IMG/VR virus record: IMGVR_UViG_3300022930_000004
Coordinates: 1-51,336 of that record
Reading direction: 5' to 3' (one strand)
Source: a virus
Taxonomy: Duplodnaviria > Caudoviricetes
DNA length: 51,336 nt
Below are positions 36,144-46,254 of the stretch, in pieces (the first letter of the stretch is position 1; every line of letters starts with the position of its first letter). The notes beneath the pieces are model-generated. The model was given only the letters and a program-made list of their open reading frames with translations. It was not told the origin of the DNA and ran no database searches. The position numbers were made by a program, and so were the translations under genes.

Positions 36144-37250
36144 TTATAATAAATTTTGTGTATAAAAATTACAAGTTTGAATTACCGGAAATACATTGTT
36201 ATACATTATAACATGTCCTGTATCACCTCTAGGATGCAGCCTGGTTCCTGCTACTGTCTCAGTGAAATTTGAGTTTTGTATATTAAAACCAATACTCATA
36301 TCCGCGTATTTTAATTCTTTGCCGGCATAGTCTGAATCAGCAACTAATGATTGCATAGCAGACCTATATGAAGCAAGATTTGGTGATCTTACAGGATCAT
36401 CAGTTGGAGTCGCTCCAACAAGTATGATTGCTACTTTTGGGGCATTCTGATAATAATAGTTCAATAAAAGCTTCATTTTTGAGATATAGTTCGTAGCCGT
36501 TGCATCACCTCCTTCTGCATCATTTAGCCCACATCCTAATATTACAAATTTTAAACGCGCCCACTCTGATCTTGATCTAGCATAATACCCATTTTGCATT
36601 GCATACACCATAAGTTGAGTAATAGCTCCGCCAAATGATTTATTATTTCTCCATATAGATATTTTTAAATCCTTTTTAAGTTGATTACATATCCTAGCTC
36701 CAAACTGAGTATAACCCAGGTTAGGAACAGTTCCCGTTCCACCAAGTAAACCTAATTGCGTCCATCCTATTGACTCCATAGCGACGTCGCCTACTCCATC
36801 TGCATCAGTATCAGCATCATCAGTAACCATTTCCGCTCCTATTGTCGTTATTTGCAAATTATAACCTGTTACAGCTTCTGTAGCTACTATTCTTAATCCC
36901 AATCTACCGCCCTCTAAGAACTCCACAGCATTTCCCCACGGAATTACTATTTGTCCTCCGCCATTTGGAATATTCATTTCAGGCGTAAGCTTCATTTTAT
37001 CTAACGTTTGTGCTGCATATGCTCTAGAGATAGAGCCTGTTATTCTGCCTCCAAAAGTAGATCTAATCACAATCGATTTTATCCTGCATCTAAATCCAAC
37101 AGGCACAGTTTTGCTCGCAAAATCAATTATACCGCCAATGGCTACTGAATTGCCACTGCCTTGATTAATACTCAAATCACAAAAATCTCCGTACATTGAA
37201 TATAGTTCGTTTTTTGTTAAATTATTAACTACTGGAATCTTCTGTGCCAT
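36144..37250 (-). CDS. Tail-associated protein with C-terminal SGNH/GDSL hydrolase domain (candidate receptor-binding esterase)
   Basis: N.SFGG block II, GLND block III and LHP...GH block V; block I reads MESI instead of GDSI. Confidence 0.7.
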   Translation of the reverse strand: MAQKIPVVNNLTKNELYSMYGDFCDLSINQGSGNSVAIGGIIDFASKTVPVGFRCRIKSIVIRSTFGGRITGSISRAYAAQTLDKMKLTPEMNIPNGGGQIVIPWGNAVEFLEGGRLGLRIVATEAVTGYNLQITTIGAEMVTDDADTDADGVGDVAMESIGWTQLGLLGGTGTVPNLGYTQFGARICNQLKKDLKISIWRNNKSFGGAITQLMVYAMQNGYYARSRSEWARLKFVILGCGLNDAEGGDATATNYISKMKLLLNYYYQNAPKVAIILVGATPTDDPVRSPNLASYRSAMQSLVADSDYAGKELKYADMSIGFNIQNSNFTETVAGTRLHPRGDTGHVIMYNNVFPVIQTCNFYTQNLL

Positions 37251-37555
37251 TACGCGTCTTGTTTAACTGTTACTAAATAATCGATTACATTGTTTTTTGA
37301 AATGAAGTAAGAAGCGCTTCCATCACCAATAGGTGAATCATCTGACGCGACATACTTAATACCATCGGGTTTATTGGTGTCAGCAACTAAAGCTGTGTAA
37401 GTAGCAAAAGGCTGTATTCCTATACTCTCTCGTAGTTCTGATGTTAGATTGACGAATCCTTCGCCATAGTCTGATGCTCTCCAAATATCTCCTGTTTGCT
37501 TATTCAGGTAGAATTGGGCTAAAATTGGGGTTGTACCGTTAGGTAAATTTGCCAT
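37250..37555 (-). CDS. Small tail-tip/fibre adaptor protein
   Basis: C-terminal domain shared with 37591..38019. Confidence 0.6.
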   Translation of the reverse strand: MANLPNGTTPILAQFYLNKQTGDIWRASDYGEGFVNLTSELRESIGIQPFATYTALVADTNKPDGIKYVASDDSPIGDGSASYFISKNNVIDYLVTVKQDA

Positions 37556-37590
37556 TTATTAATTGATGTTATATATTATTAATTATTTTA

Positions 37591-38019
37591 TTAATCTTGA
37601 GCTACTAGTACCTGATAGTATAGTTTGTTTTGAAATGACAAGAAAAAAGATTCCGTACCGTCACCATTTGGTGAATCATCAGATACCACATGATATACTC
37701 CGTCTTGTCTTGGAGTGGTGGCGACTAGCAACGTGTAAGTGCCAACGGAAGGTATTTCAAGCGGAGATCCGGCTTGATCAAAGGGAACCAAACCTCCATC
37801 AGCATAATTATTATTCCACCAATGTACCACGTAACCCCCTACGCTATTCCCTATAGCTACAAACTTACCCTGCCTTACATTTACTCCGTCAGCATCTAAT
37901 GTAGAAGGTAAAGCGTTGTTGGCTTGTGCAATAGAAGCCCATGGCCCCCACCACCAATCCAAGTTACCCGCGTTAAGTAACTTATATCTTTTTGATATAC
38001 TAGTCGGTGTAATTGCCAT
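37591..38019 (-). CDS. Tail-tip/fibre adaptor protein
   Basis: In the tail operon; C-terminal TYT.LVA....DG...V.SDDSP.GDG domain. Confidence 0.6.
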   Translation of the reverse strand: MAITPTSISKRYKLLNAGNLDWWWGPWASIAQANNALPSTLDADGVNVRQGKFVAIGNSVGGYVVHWWNNNYADGGLVPFDQAGSPLEIPSVGTYTLLVATTPRQDGVYHVVSDDSPNGDGTESFFLSFQNKLYYQVLVAQD

Positions 38020-38021
38020 AT

Positions 38022-38759
38022 TTAATCGTCTCCAAGTAAAAACTCATGTTCATTATTTTCATCATACGGGATAGCGTTTTCTAATATGTAAACATCGAAA
38101 TCTATCCCGCCTATTTCCATTATTTCAGGTATATATACATCAGTCAAATCCTCTGATGTAGTTAAGCTAATAACTGATACTATCTTCTTATCAATAGGTA
38201 CAGCCATAACCATTATCCTTCTCGTTCCGGTGCCTACCACAATCGGTGAAGTCGTATATTCACCATTAGTAAGAGCGGTGATTTCTGCTTCTGTTGTCGG
38301 TCTGGTTACTGCATTCCCGTAAAATATCGTATTGTAAATGTCTGGTACTGAAATAACCGTAGTAAATGCTCCGTTACCTTCTAAAGTAACATTCCATGCA
38401 GCAGTAGAATTGACAGCCGCATTAAATCCGCCTGTTCGTATCAAAACATTTCCTTCCAAAGAGAAAGACGGCATACCTACCTGTTTTGTAGCTATACGTA
38501 CACCTAATTGACCACCTGTAAGGAATTTATTCAGTATCGTATTCAACCCTGTTCCGGCCATTTTGATAAGCATGTTGGCGTTAAGCGTGACATTCCACGA
38601 CCTTACACCCTCGATATACTCTTTCCAACGCCCTGATGACTGAGCTGATGCGCCTCGTAAATCTGTTTCAAAAGCCACTTCGCATGAAGTTTCGCAGCTA
38701 ACGAATTCTCCATCGATTTCAACCCCTAACATGTTACCGGACATTTTCGTCTGAGCCAT
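38022..38759 (-). CDS. Second tail-tube-like protein with appended C-terminal domain
   Basis: G.....C.TSC...WKEYI.G.RSW..EG.......TLEG.G tube motifs, similar to 45424..45888. Confidence 0.7.
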   Translation of the reverse strand: MAQTKMSGNMLGVEIDGEFVSCETSCEVAFETDLRGASAQSSGRWKEYIEGVRSWNVTLNANMLIKMAGTGLNTILNKFLTGGQLGVRIATKQVGMPSFSLEGNVLIRTGGFNAAVNSTAAWNVTLEGNGAFTTVISVPDIYNTIFYGNAVTRPTTEAEITALTNGEYTTSPIVVGTGTRRIMVMAVPIDKKIVSVISLTTSEDLTDVYIPEIMEIGGIDFDVYILENAIPYDENNEHEFLLGDD

Positions 38760-38806
38760 GATGTAAAGATAGGTAATTGTAATAATAATAATACAATGAA
38801 TTGCCT

Positions 38807-41254
38807 CTAATTACTAAGCGTTCTTTCATTATCGTTACTTCCGTAGTATTCCAGTGATATAGCTATATCATCATTTCGTGACTCTATGGCATTCAAATCT
38901 ATGGTGCAAGTCTCGGTATTCCAACTACATCCTAAAGGTAAAAGTTTCTGATCAGTCAATCCTTCAATACTATAAACCTCTCCGTACGACCACCCATTTC
39001 CGTATATCGATCCTTCAAAAAGATTAGAAGGCTTATACTTGTTTCGCAATATGGCTTGACTGTTCATTGCTGTCAATGTCAACCCTGAAGCAATACTATC
39101 AGAATAAAACTTCTCTAAACCAGGCTTATCAAAATTAGTCATGTAGTTGGAAACAAAGAAACCATTATGAGATGAGCTTATCTTCATGGTATGCTCTTCT
39201 TTTCCAAGCTTCGACAACGGTTCAAATGTTGCTTTCACTACATCAGAATTACGATCTACATTCAGATAAATGTCATCGAAAAATATAACTGCTCCTGCTG
39301 GTATTTTAATCAATACAGCTAATGCCGGATGCGTAGTCCTTTCAATAGGAATATCAGCAGGCAATGGCAATATGATATCCTGCCTTTTATTGAAATCAAC
39401 CGTAGCTACATCGCCAATAGCAAGTGAATCAACCGATATAGTCACGTCTGTTATGGTCGTTGTCCAATAGCCGAACTCATTCAGGAAATAAGAAGCAGAC
39501 CCTTGTAGGTAAGTCAACCTGATAGTTATATCTAAAGCGCCTGACTGAACCGAATATTTAAATCCGAAGTTTATTGAATCATATAAAACATCGGTATCGA
39601 TAGGTAAAGCCAAACCTCCTTGCAATTGAAAATAAGCATCTGCACCAAAAGTATTATCCACTTTCACTGAATAGCCTCTTGCCTCGCTTAAGCTAGGTTC
39701 GCCTCCCGTAACTAAAGCTGATGAACCAGAACTCATACCCCAATATAAAGGAGAACCAAAGCTGTAAAGATCCATACTTCCGTTTGGTAATATGTTATCT
39801 CTTTGATCCTGTTCGTATGTTGTGATTACGGTTCCTAAAGCCTTAGCCGTTCTTAAATTTTGATTCTCTTCTATGAACGAGTAACTGAAAGCACCACCCG
39901 CACGACCTATTGATTTTAATACTTCCAAAAACCCAGTTGTCACTACCATTCCGGCTAAAGAAGCAGGAGTTTCTTTGTAGTAATACGAACCCTCAGCCAC
40001 ATCATTTATGCGCTCAATAACCCAATACCCATTCGATTGATACAGTCTGGACTGCATTGATCTTGTCATTTCTTCTAAGATATATAGCCCGCTTTTGGTA
40101 TTTCCGTTATAATCCGTAAAACCCTCACCTGTAGGTGCCCATTCTACCGATCCGCTCAGCATGTCTTCTCCTGGATATTCGTCACATTCCAAAGTGTTTA
40201 CCCATCGAATAGGTAATGGCAATCCTAAATTCGAGTCAGCAAATAATATTTGACGGTAATAATTTAGTATACATCTACCTCCAGTAAGGTTATTATGTGA
40301 ATAATCAAGTCCATCAAGTAGTTTAAGTCCATCTGTAGCCGTTATTGTTACGTCATAAGGGAATGCTCTCAACTCTTGAGTTATTCCATCAGGCACAACG
40401 AAACCTATCCATTTTACGGCGCCATTGATATAGAAACGAACCCTGAAATCTCGATCTCCTGCATTCCTTAATTCTTGCAAGTCAACCTGTCCCTGATTAA
40501 AGAACCCGATTTCGGCCATACTGTTCGCTATCGGATCATATGGATCATCTCCAACATCATACCTTATTACACATGCTTGGTTTTCTATGCCTATAATAGG
40601 GATGATATCCCCGACGTACGAATCCTGTATAATATCAACCCTGCAAGCCTCATCGAAATAGTTCTTGTATTCCAGCCTGTACTTAACTGCATACGTAGTT
40701 TCTACATAAGCATTAATAGTGTAATCCTGATCGTCTAAGCAGCCGTTAGAGTCTCTAGCCTGAATATTATACGTAGCAGGAGCAAGTCCATTGAATTCTC
40801 CTGATGACTGCCATGCACCTGAATCCAAACGGTATTCAATACCTCCGTAAGTACTAGTAGCCGAAGCGGTTATTGTTCCGTTATTACCACCTGAACTTAC
40901 CTCATCATTTCCGGTAACTCCTAATGTGATATTACAGCCGCCGGACGAAGAGCAGTAAGGAGAGTCAGGCACCACCGAATCAGTATAAGCAAAAGGGAAA
41001 GTGTTTATTCCTTTTATGATAAATTCACTTCCTAAATAAGATCCAGAACCGCATATACTTTTGATGAACAGCCCATTATATGATGGTGTCATGTCCAAAT
41101 AACTACCATCAGGCGTTATAGGGTCTCCGGTTTCGTAATTTATTGCGGAAACCTGATATAAGTCAGTAGCATTATTAAAAGTTACAGTAACTATATCATT
41201 TGATGAAAAGTCAGATCTAAGACCTGTAAAAGTATATACGAATCTTAATGCCAT
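38807..41254 (-). CDS. Baseplate hub / tail-tip protein with an SprB-like repeat
   Basis: Follows the tape measure; TATDGL..L hub-like motif; G.IT.SA...G..Y.LD...Q.SG.F.GL...Y.I..RDSNGC repeat. Confidence 0.7.
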   Translation of the reverse strand: MALRFVYTFTGLRSDFSSNDIVTVTFNNATDLYQVSAINYETGDPITPDGSYLDMTPSYNGLFIKSICGSGSYLGSEFIIKGINTFPFAYTDSVVPDSPYCSSSGGCNITLGVTGNDEVSSGGNNGTITASATSTYGGIEYRLDSGAWQSSGEFNGLAPATYNIQARDSNGCLDDQDYTINAYVETTYAVKYRLEYKNYFDEACRVDIIQDSYVGDIIPIIGIENQACVIRYDVGDDPYDPIANSMAEIGFFNQGQVDLQELRNAGDRDFRVRFYINGAVKWIGFVVPDGITQELRAFPYDVTITATDGLKLLDGLDYSHNNLTGGRCILNYYRQILFADSNLGLPLPIRWVNTLECDEYPGEDMLSGSVEWAPTGEGFTDYNGNTKSGLYILEEMTRSMQSRLYQSNGYWVIERINDVAEGSYYYKETPASLAGMVVTTGFLEVLKSIGRAGGAFSYSFIEENQNLRTAKALGTVITTYEQDQRDNILPNGSMDLYSFGSPLYWGMSSGSSALVTGGEPSLSEARGYSVKVDNTFGADAYFQLQGGLALPIDTDVLYDSINFGFKYSVQSGALDITIRLTYLQGSASYFLNEFGYWTTTITDVTISVDSLAIGDVATVDFNKRQDIILPLPADIPIERTTHPALAVLIKIPAGAVIFFDDIYLNVDRNSDVVKATFEPLSKLGKEEHTMKISSSHNGFFVSNYMTNFDKPGLEKFYSDSIASGLTLTAMNSQAILRNKYKPSNLFEGSIYGNGWSYGEVYSIEGLTDQKLLPLGCSWNTETCTIDLNAIESRNDDIAISLEYYGSNDNERTLSN

Positions 41255-41257
41255 TTT

Positions 41258-44200
41258 TTAAACCCCTCTTTGTCTTGATCTGTTTGCTCTTTCTAAAACC
41301 AACTGGATATCGTTGCCACTAATCTTAGTGGTAAGCTGACCGAATTCATTTACTTCTACACCTGTTACTACTCCGTTAACTGTTTTTCGGCCAATAATAG
41401 AAGCGGTGTAAGCTAATGCGTTTGCCCTTTCCAGTAAAGCTGTTTGTTTCTTTTGTTCTTCTAATTCCGCTTGCCTTCTTGCTTCTTCTTTACGGGCTTT
41501 CTTAGCTCCAAAAAGACCACCTAAAGCGCCGATAATCCCACCACCAATAGCACCTAAAACAGTGCCTATGCCCGGAATAGCAGAGCCTACTACAGCCCCT
41601 GTTCCTGCTCCTTTTAATGCCCCTCCTAAAGCTTGACCGCCTGAACTTGTTTTAGGGAATAGTCCAGAAACTACGCTACCTAATAAAACAGCAGCTCCTG
41701 CCATAGCCTGTTCTCCTGCGCTTAAATTTCCTATAGCCTTCTCAAAGACATTAGTCAACTGATTTGAAAATGCGGTCATAAAAACATTACCGATAGAATC
41801 AGTTAAGCTTTTAGCTAAATCACCAGCTACACCAGCAATACCTTCTCCGAAATTCTTATACCCTTTCGTGTTGATGTCAATTAATGACTGATATAAATCC
41901 TCACTGAATCTCGCTACTGTACGGCTTAGTTCTCTCTTGAATATTTTAGCCTCTTCCTGAGCTTCTTTATTAATTAAGGACTCCGGTTTCTGCTTAGTCC
42001 TTAAGTCTACCTCTAACTTGGATTTACCCTCCGAATCTAATGCCGGATTTTGTATTCCTGTATTTGCAGATATATTGGATGCTATTGAGGGTAATTGATA
42101 TAACTTCAACTGCTCCTTCTGTAAGTCTTTTACAGCATCAGACTGCCTTCCGAAAGCATTAGTTGCAGCATTTATAGCAGACTGGTAAGCTGATATTTTG
42201 CCTTGATTCCTTTCTCCAAACGTATCTAAAAACTGAACCTCAGTCAATTCAAGAGCCTTATTCAGTTCTCCTACAATATCCTTTAATTCGACCACTTTAG
42301 TCTTAGTTCCTTTTGCAAAACCTTCAGGTGTTTCAGCATTAGACCTAGTGGTATCTTTCTGTTTAGGGGCGAATCCTAATTTCTTTTGTAATGCAAGTAA
42401 GTCCTCGTAATAGGTTTTGGCTTTGTTATATGTTTGAGTGAAATCAACTATACCTCCTTTACCACCTAGATCCTTAAGATCGCCGGATTTTACACCGGCA
42501 GCAAACCTATCCAGAGTTGCTTTAGATTCATCTGCTGTTTTTTTGAGTGCAGATAGATAGTCGTTAAATCTTTTCTGGCCGATAGCAGCAAGTTTCTTTT
42601 CTTGATGTTCAGGAGACCCGCCTTGTGGATATAAAAACCTTTGATTGTCGTTAGTTCTTTTAGTTAAGCTCGCAACACTAGCATTTACCTCAAAAACATT
42701 CCCATTATTGTTTGCTAGTCTGCTGAAAAACTCCTTCCATGATGAAGAGTTTACCAGTTTACCAAATTCACTTAAAGATGTATTTAAACCATCAATAATT
42801 GATTTGAAAAACCTGCCTATAGTTCCCGAACTGGTATAATTTACAAATATGTTTCCTAATTTATCAATACTACCAGCAAGAGTATCGTTTTTTATCTTAA
42901 ATTGATCTGCTGCTTTTGACGCATCGTTGAAATCCCCTGTCGCTTCCTTTATGTGTCCATTTAAAGCTACTTGGTTATTTGACAATGCAGCAACAACCTG
43001 ACTCACTCCTGCGCCTGAAAGCTTCAACGACTTTAGTATAGTGTTAAATGCGACAGTTGAACTTCCACCCTCTTTTAATCCTTTAAAGAACAACTCTAAA
43101 GCTTTCTTGGTGTCGGTGTTAATAATGGTATTGAACTCTTTTAGGGTCAAGTTAGAATCTGCCAATTGAGCCACCTTAAGAAAGCCTGCGCTATTGCTGG
43201 ATAAAGCAGATAACAATCTCTTAAAGGCAGTTCCGGCAACCTCTGCTGATACACCATTTTCTTGCAAAACAGCACCATAAGCCAAAATTACAGGCAAACT
43301 TATTCCAGCTTGCTTAGCCAATCCACCTACACGCTCACCAAAATCAGCAAGAAAATCGCCTGTAGCTAAGCCGGATTGACCTAATCCAAGAATAGCAGAA
43401 CCGATCTGATTGTATGCTTTATTTACATCCCCTGCATTACCTGCTGAAACCTCAAAAACATTATCAAGTACACCTAAAGACTTAGCTATACCCTCAGCCC
43501 CGCCTTGTAGTTCACCACTCAAAGTTACAGCAAGTTGATCTATGGCTTCTGTAAATCCTGCCAACTGATCTTTTGCTATTCCTAATTGGCCGCCAATTGT
43601 AGCGATTCCAAGTAAATCATTAAGACCAGTTCTAGTGCCTAATGCCTTTAATGAAGTAGTCAACTGATCTGCTTCTTTCGAGGTCAATCCAGCTGTCCTT
43701 CTAACATCAGCCAATGAGTCAGATATACGAGCGTTGTTATCTATTACAGCTTTTCCCGCAGCTATAACGGCTGTTACTCCAAGAAATGATCCGATAGTAC
43801 TACCCAATCCTTGCAATGCCCTTTGGTAGTTACCCACTCTTCGCTGGTTATTACCCATTGTTGAGTCGAAATCCTGCAATTGCCTGTTTAGGTTCCTGTA
43901 TTCCCTGATTTGTGATTGTATGGCCGGATTAGTGGATCTAAATCCATTCTCGGACTCCCTGATTGATCTACCTAAAGCAGTCAATCTTTGTTGAGCTTCA
44001 CGATAAGAACCAGCGGCAGCAGTTATAGAACTCCTGTTACGCATCGTTTCAGCACGTAAAGCAGCCATTTGAGCGCCTAATCTTGCCGATTCCGTTCTAT
44101 AGTTTTGAGCCTCTGTCCTTGCTTGTCCGGTCGCCAGGTTCTGTTGCCTCAATTCAGCTGTCAGCCTTGCTGTTTCAGCTCTATATTCTGCTGTTGCAGC

Positions 44201-44473
44201 CCTTGCTGATTCTGTGGCTTGACGTTGCTGAAGTATCGATGCTCTTAAGTCATTCTTGTTAAGTCCTGATAAAGCCGTTGAAGCCTGTCTCGCTGATGAT
44301 GTAATATCGGAAAGAAGTTTCTTCGTTGTAGTTAGAGTGTCATTTAACTTTCGGCCTCCTTTGGTGTCAAAGTTAAGCCCTTTGCTAAAATTACTAAGCT
44401 CTATCTTACTTTCCTTTAATACTCTTTTCAGGTCTGCATTAACTGCGCCTAACTCAATTTCTAAACGTGCCAT
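41258..44473 (-). CDS. Tape measure protein
   Basis: 1071 aa, Ala/Gly-rich and helical; R.VGNY motif, TP901-type core (AGTAF..L..L) and Gly-rich hydrophobic C-terminal segment. Confidence 0.93.
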   Translation of the reverse strand: MARLEIELGAVNADLKRVLKESKIELSNFSKGLNFDTKGGRKLNDTLTTTKKLLSDITSSARQASTALSGLNKNDLRASILQQRQATESARAATAEYRAETARLTAELRQQNLATGQARTEAQNYRTESARLGAQMAALRAETMRNRSSITAAAGSYREAQQRLTALGRSIRESENGFRSTNPAIQSQIREYRNLNRQLQDFDSTMGNNQRRVGNYQRALQGLGSTIGSFLGVTAVIAAGKAVIDNNARISDSLADVRRTAGLTSKEADQLTTSLKALGTRTGLNDLLGIATIGGQLGIAKDQLAGFTEAIDQLAVTLSGELQGGAEGIAKSLGVLDNVFEVSAGNAGDVNKAYNQIGSAILGLGQSGLATGDFLADFGERVGGLAKQAGISLPVILAYGAVLQENGVSAEVAGTAFKRLLSALSSNSAGFLKVAQLADSNLTLKEFNTIINTDTKKALELFFKGLKEGGSSTVAFNTILKSLKLSGAGVSQVVAALSNNQVALNGHIKEATGDFNDASKAADQFKIKNDTLAGSIDKLGNIFVNYTSSGTIGRFFKSIIDGLNTSLSEFGKLVNSSSWKEFFSRLANNNGNVFEVNASVASLTKRTNDNQRFLYPQGGSPEHQEKKLAAIGQKRFNDYLSALKKTADESKATLDRFAAGVKSGDLKDLGGKGGIVDFTQTYNKAKTYYEDLLALQKKLGFAPKQKDTTRSNAETPEGFAKGTKTKVVELKDIVGELNKALELTEVQFLDTFGERNQGKISAYQSAINAATNAFGRQSDAVKDLQKEQLKLYQLPSIASNISANTGIQNPALDSEGKSKLEVDLRTKQKPESLINKEAQEEAKIFKRELSRTVARFSEDLYQSLIDINTKGYKNFGEGIAGVAGDLAKSLTDSIGNVFMTAFSNQLTNVFEKAIGNLSAGEQAMAGAAVLLGSVVSGLFPKTSSGGQALGGALKGAGTGAVVGSAIPGIGTVLGAIGGGIIGALGGLFGAKKARKEEARRQAELEEQKKQTALLERANALAYTASIIGRKTVNGVVTGVEVNEFGQLTTKISGNDIQLVLERANRSRQRGV

Positions 44474-44534
44474 TGATATAAAGGTAGCGATTTATTGTAA
44501 CAAGTTAGATACATTCAGATTAGTTAGATAATTT

Positions 44535-44566
44535 AAAAGCCACCTACATTATGCGGGTGGCTTTTT
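44535..44566. terminator. Intrinsic terminator between the tail chaperone and tape measure genes
   Basis: aaaagccacc / ggtggctttt inverted repeat. Confidence 0.8.
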
Positions 44567-44824
44567 CTATTTAAACTCTTCCAGTAACTTTAGCGCTTCT
44601 TCTACGGTTCTGATAGGTCGAACTAAATCTCGCTTATCTATTAAAGGTATAGAGCGTATCTGTTCAAGTGTAGGTGGCTTTTTAACTCCCATACCGCCAA
44701 ACACCATAATGTCATGGCGTAATATCCTGACTATATCCTGTATTTCGGAATCCGCTTCCATTTCCGCTAGTCTCCGGTCTGAATGTTCAGCTAAAGTCAT
44801 TTTCATAACTTCTCGCTTAGTCAT
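44567..44824 (-). CDS. Tail assembly chaperone C-terminal extension (gpT-like, reached by -1 frameshift)
   Basis: The -1 frame is open from the slippery site at 44869-44875 into this ORF. Confidence 0.75.
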   Translation of the reverse strand: MTKREVMKMTLAEHSDRRLAEMEADSEIQDIVRILRHDIMVFGGMGVKKPPTLEQIRSIPLIDKRDLVRPIRTVEEALKLLEEFK

Positions 44825-44847
44825 TTTCCACCTATAACCGTCAATTA

Positions 44848-45270
44848 CTAGGTCTGCGGTTGTTTGGGCTTTTTTCTTTGCTTACCGCTAACTCCTTTCA
44901 CCTCTAATTCAGCACCGTTCTCAGAATCTGCGGCTGCGATCATAGCGTTTACAGCATCATAACGTTCCTGCATGCTTTTCCCCTGGTAACTTGACTCCAT
45001 GTAAGATTCAGTAATACTATCCCCGACCTCTTTAGGCTGGTCATCTAACCAATTACAGAACTGAGTAAATGAGAAAGGAACTTCATTTGTTTCGTCTTTA
45101 TCCTCATACCAATTCTGAATAGCGCAATAAGCTAATGTAAGGATAACATTGTCCTCTGTCACTCCAAACATGATTTCGGTCAATGACATATTCAAACGCT
45201 TTTCGGCTAAAATGAAGGCTCTAGTCCCCCAGATCAGCCCGCATTTCTCGTTCCTGATTGTTAATTGCAT
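44848..45270 (-). CDS. Tail assembly chaperone (gpG-like)
   Basis: Between the tube and tape measure genes; A-AAA-AAG slippery heptamer near its 3' end. Confidence 0.8.
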   Translation of the reverse strand: MQLTIRNEKCGLIWGTRAFILAEKRLNMSLTEIMFGVTEDNVILTLAYCAIQNWYEDKDETNEVPFSFTQFCNWLDDQPKEVGDSITESYMESSYQGKSMQERYDAVNAMIAAADSENGAELEVKGVSGKQRKKPKQPQT

Positions 45271-45424
45271 TTGTTATTTGCTTGTTAGTAGGTTTTTTAG
45301 TTTGATACATTTTCAGCTTATCACGCTGTATACGGCATTTGCATTGAGCAAGGTGAGTGTAACTAATGTACCACTCACCTTTATTCAATGGTAAAACTTG
45401 TCTTATGGTTAATTGCTCAACCAC
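45221..45424 (-). CDS. Hypothetical protein
   Basis: Fills the gap between tube and chaperone; overlaps both. Confidence 0.4.
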   Translation of the reverse strand: MVEQLTIRQVLPLNKGEWYISYTHLAQCKCRIQRDKLKMYQTKKPTNKQITNAINNQEREMRADLGD

Positions 45425-45888
45425 TAAGAAACGAAAGGAGTTTTTACGAATGTTGGTTTACCTTTTCCGGTAACCTCAAACGTATAAGTCGCTGCTCCAT
45501 CTGTACCGCCTTCTGCCGTAAAAGTGGTAATGATACCAGTTCCTTCAAAAATCCATATATAACCTTCGTTGTAACCTTCAACCTGTGTAGTGCCGAACGT
45601 AAATTCACCAACAGGACTACCTTCAACCATAGCTTCAAGCAAATCCATGTGAGATACTTTGCCTGTAACCTGATCTGCAATCTGATTACCGTCAATACTC
45701 AAAGTCCATGATCTTGAAACCACTTCCGAATCAGTCCACTCGGTATCTGATAAAGATTCTCCTGCTGCTGGCTTGCATGGTGGAGTTTCTTCTACATTCA
45801 CGTTTACAGTAAGCGTTCCCGCTGTTTGGCAATTAACGGGTAATCCGTTAAACGTGCCACTTAATAGTTTACCTTGGTAAGTTGCCAT
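45424..45888 (-). CDS. Major tail tube protein
   Basis: GK......CQT..TL...CK..W......RSW.LS.DG..G...IT.......A.Y.FE..GKG motifs. Confidence 0.85.
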   Translation of the reverse strand: MATYQGKLLSGTFNGLPVNCQTAGTLTVNVNVEETPPCKPAAGESLSDTEWTDSEVVSRSWTLSIDGNQIADQVTGKVSHMDLLEAMVEGSPVGEFTFGTTQVEGYNEGYIWIFEGTGIITTFTAEGGTDGAATYTFEVTGKGKPTFVKTPFVS

Positions 45889-46186
45889 TTTTTATTTCTT
45901 TAATTATTGTTTCAAAATCATTATTTAATTCTCCTGTGATCTGAACTTTGTTTTTTCCGATAATAAACCCCTTAAAAGCAGATTTATTTCCAGCATCATA
46001 CTTAAACATTCCTTTTACATTTCCTTTTAATTCTCCTTTACAGGTAAATGGTTTGGTCATTGTGACTACCAATGTTCTTTTAGCTGTTTTGTCAGGATTA
46101 AGGAAAAATTCCATATCCATGACAGCCTCTCTGCAAGCAGACCAACCGTCAATATGAGATAGAATAACTGAACCCGTTCCGATCAT
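45869..46186 (-). CDS. Hypothetical protein, first gene of the tail tube operon
   Basis: Start moved to ATG 46186, 5 nt after TATCTTTA. Confidence 0.5.
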   Translation of the reverse strand: MIGTGSVILSHIDGWSACREAVMDMEFFLNPDKTAKRTLVVTMTKPFTCKGELKGNVKGMFKYDAGNKSAFKGFIIGKNKVQITGELNNDFETIIKEIKNGNLPR

Positions 46187-46254
46187 AATGATAAAGATAC
46201 GTAATATGTTTGTTACAAAATGAATTGAGTAAAATAATTTGGTAGATTGCGTAC

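Noticed and set aside
36144-41254. Diversity-generating retroelement or invertible tail-fibre cassette
   Set aside because: No reverse transcriptase or invertase was recognised. The duplicated modules are diverged at the protein level rather than being near-identical adenine-variant DNA repeats.
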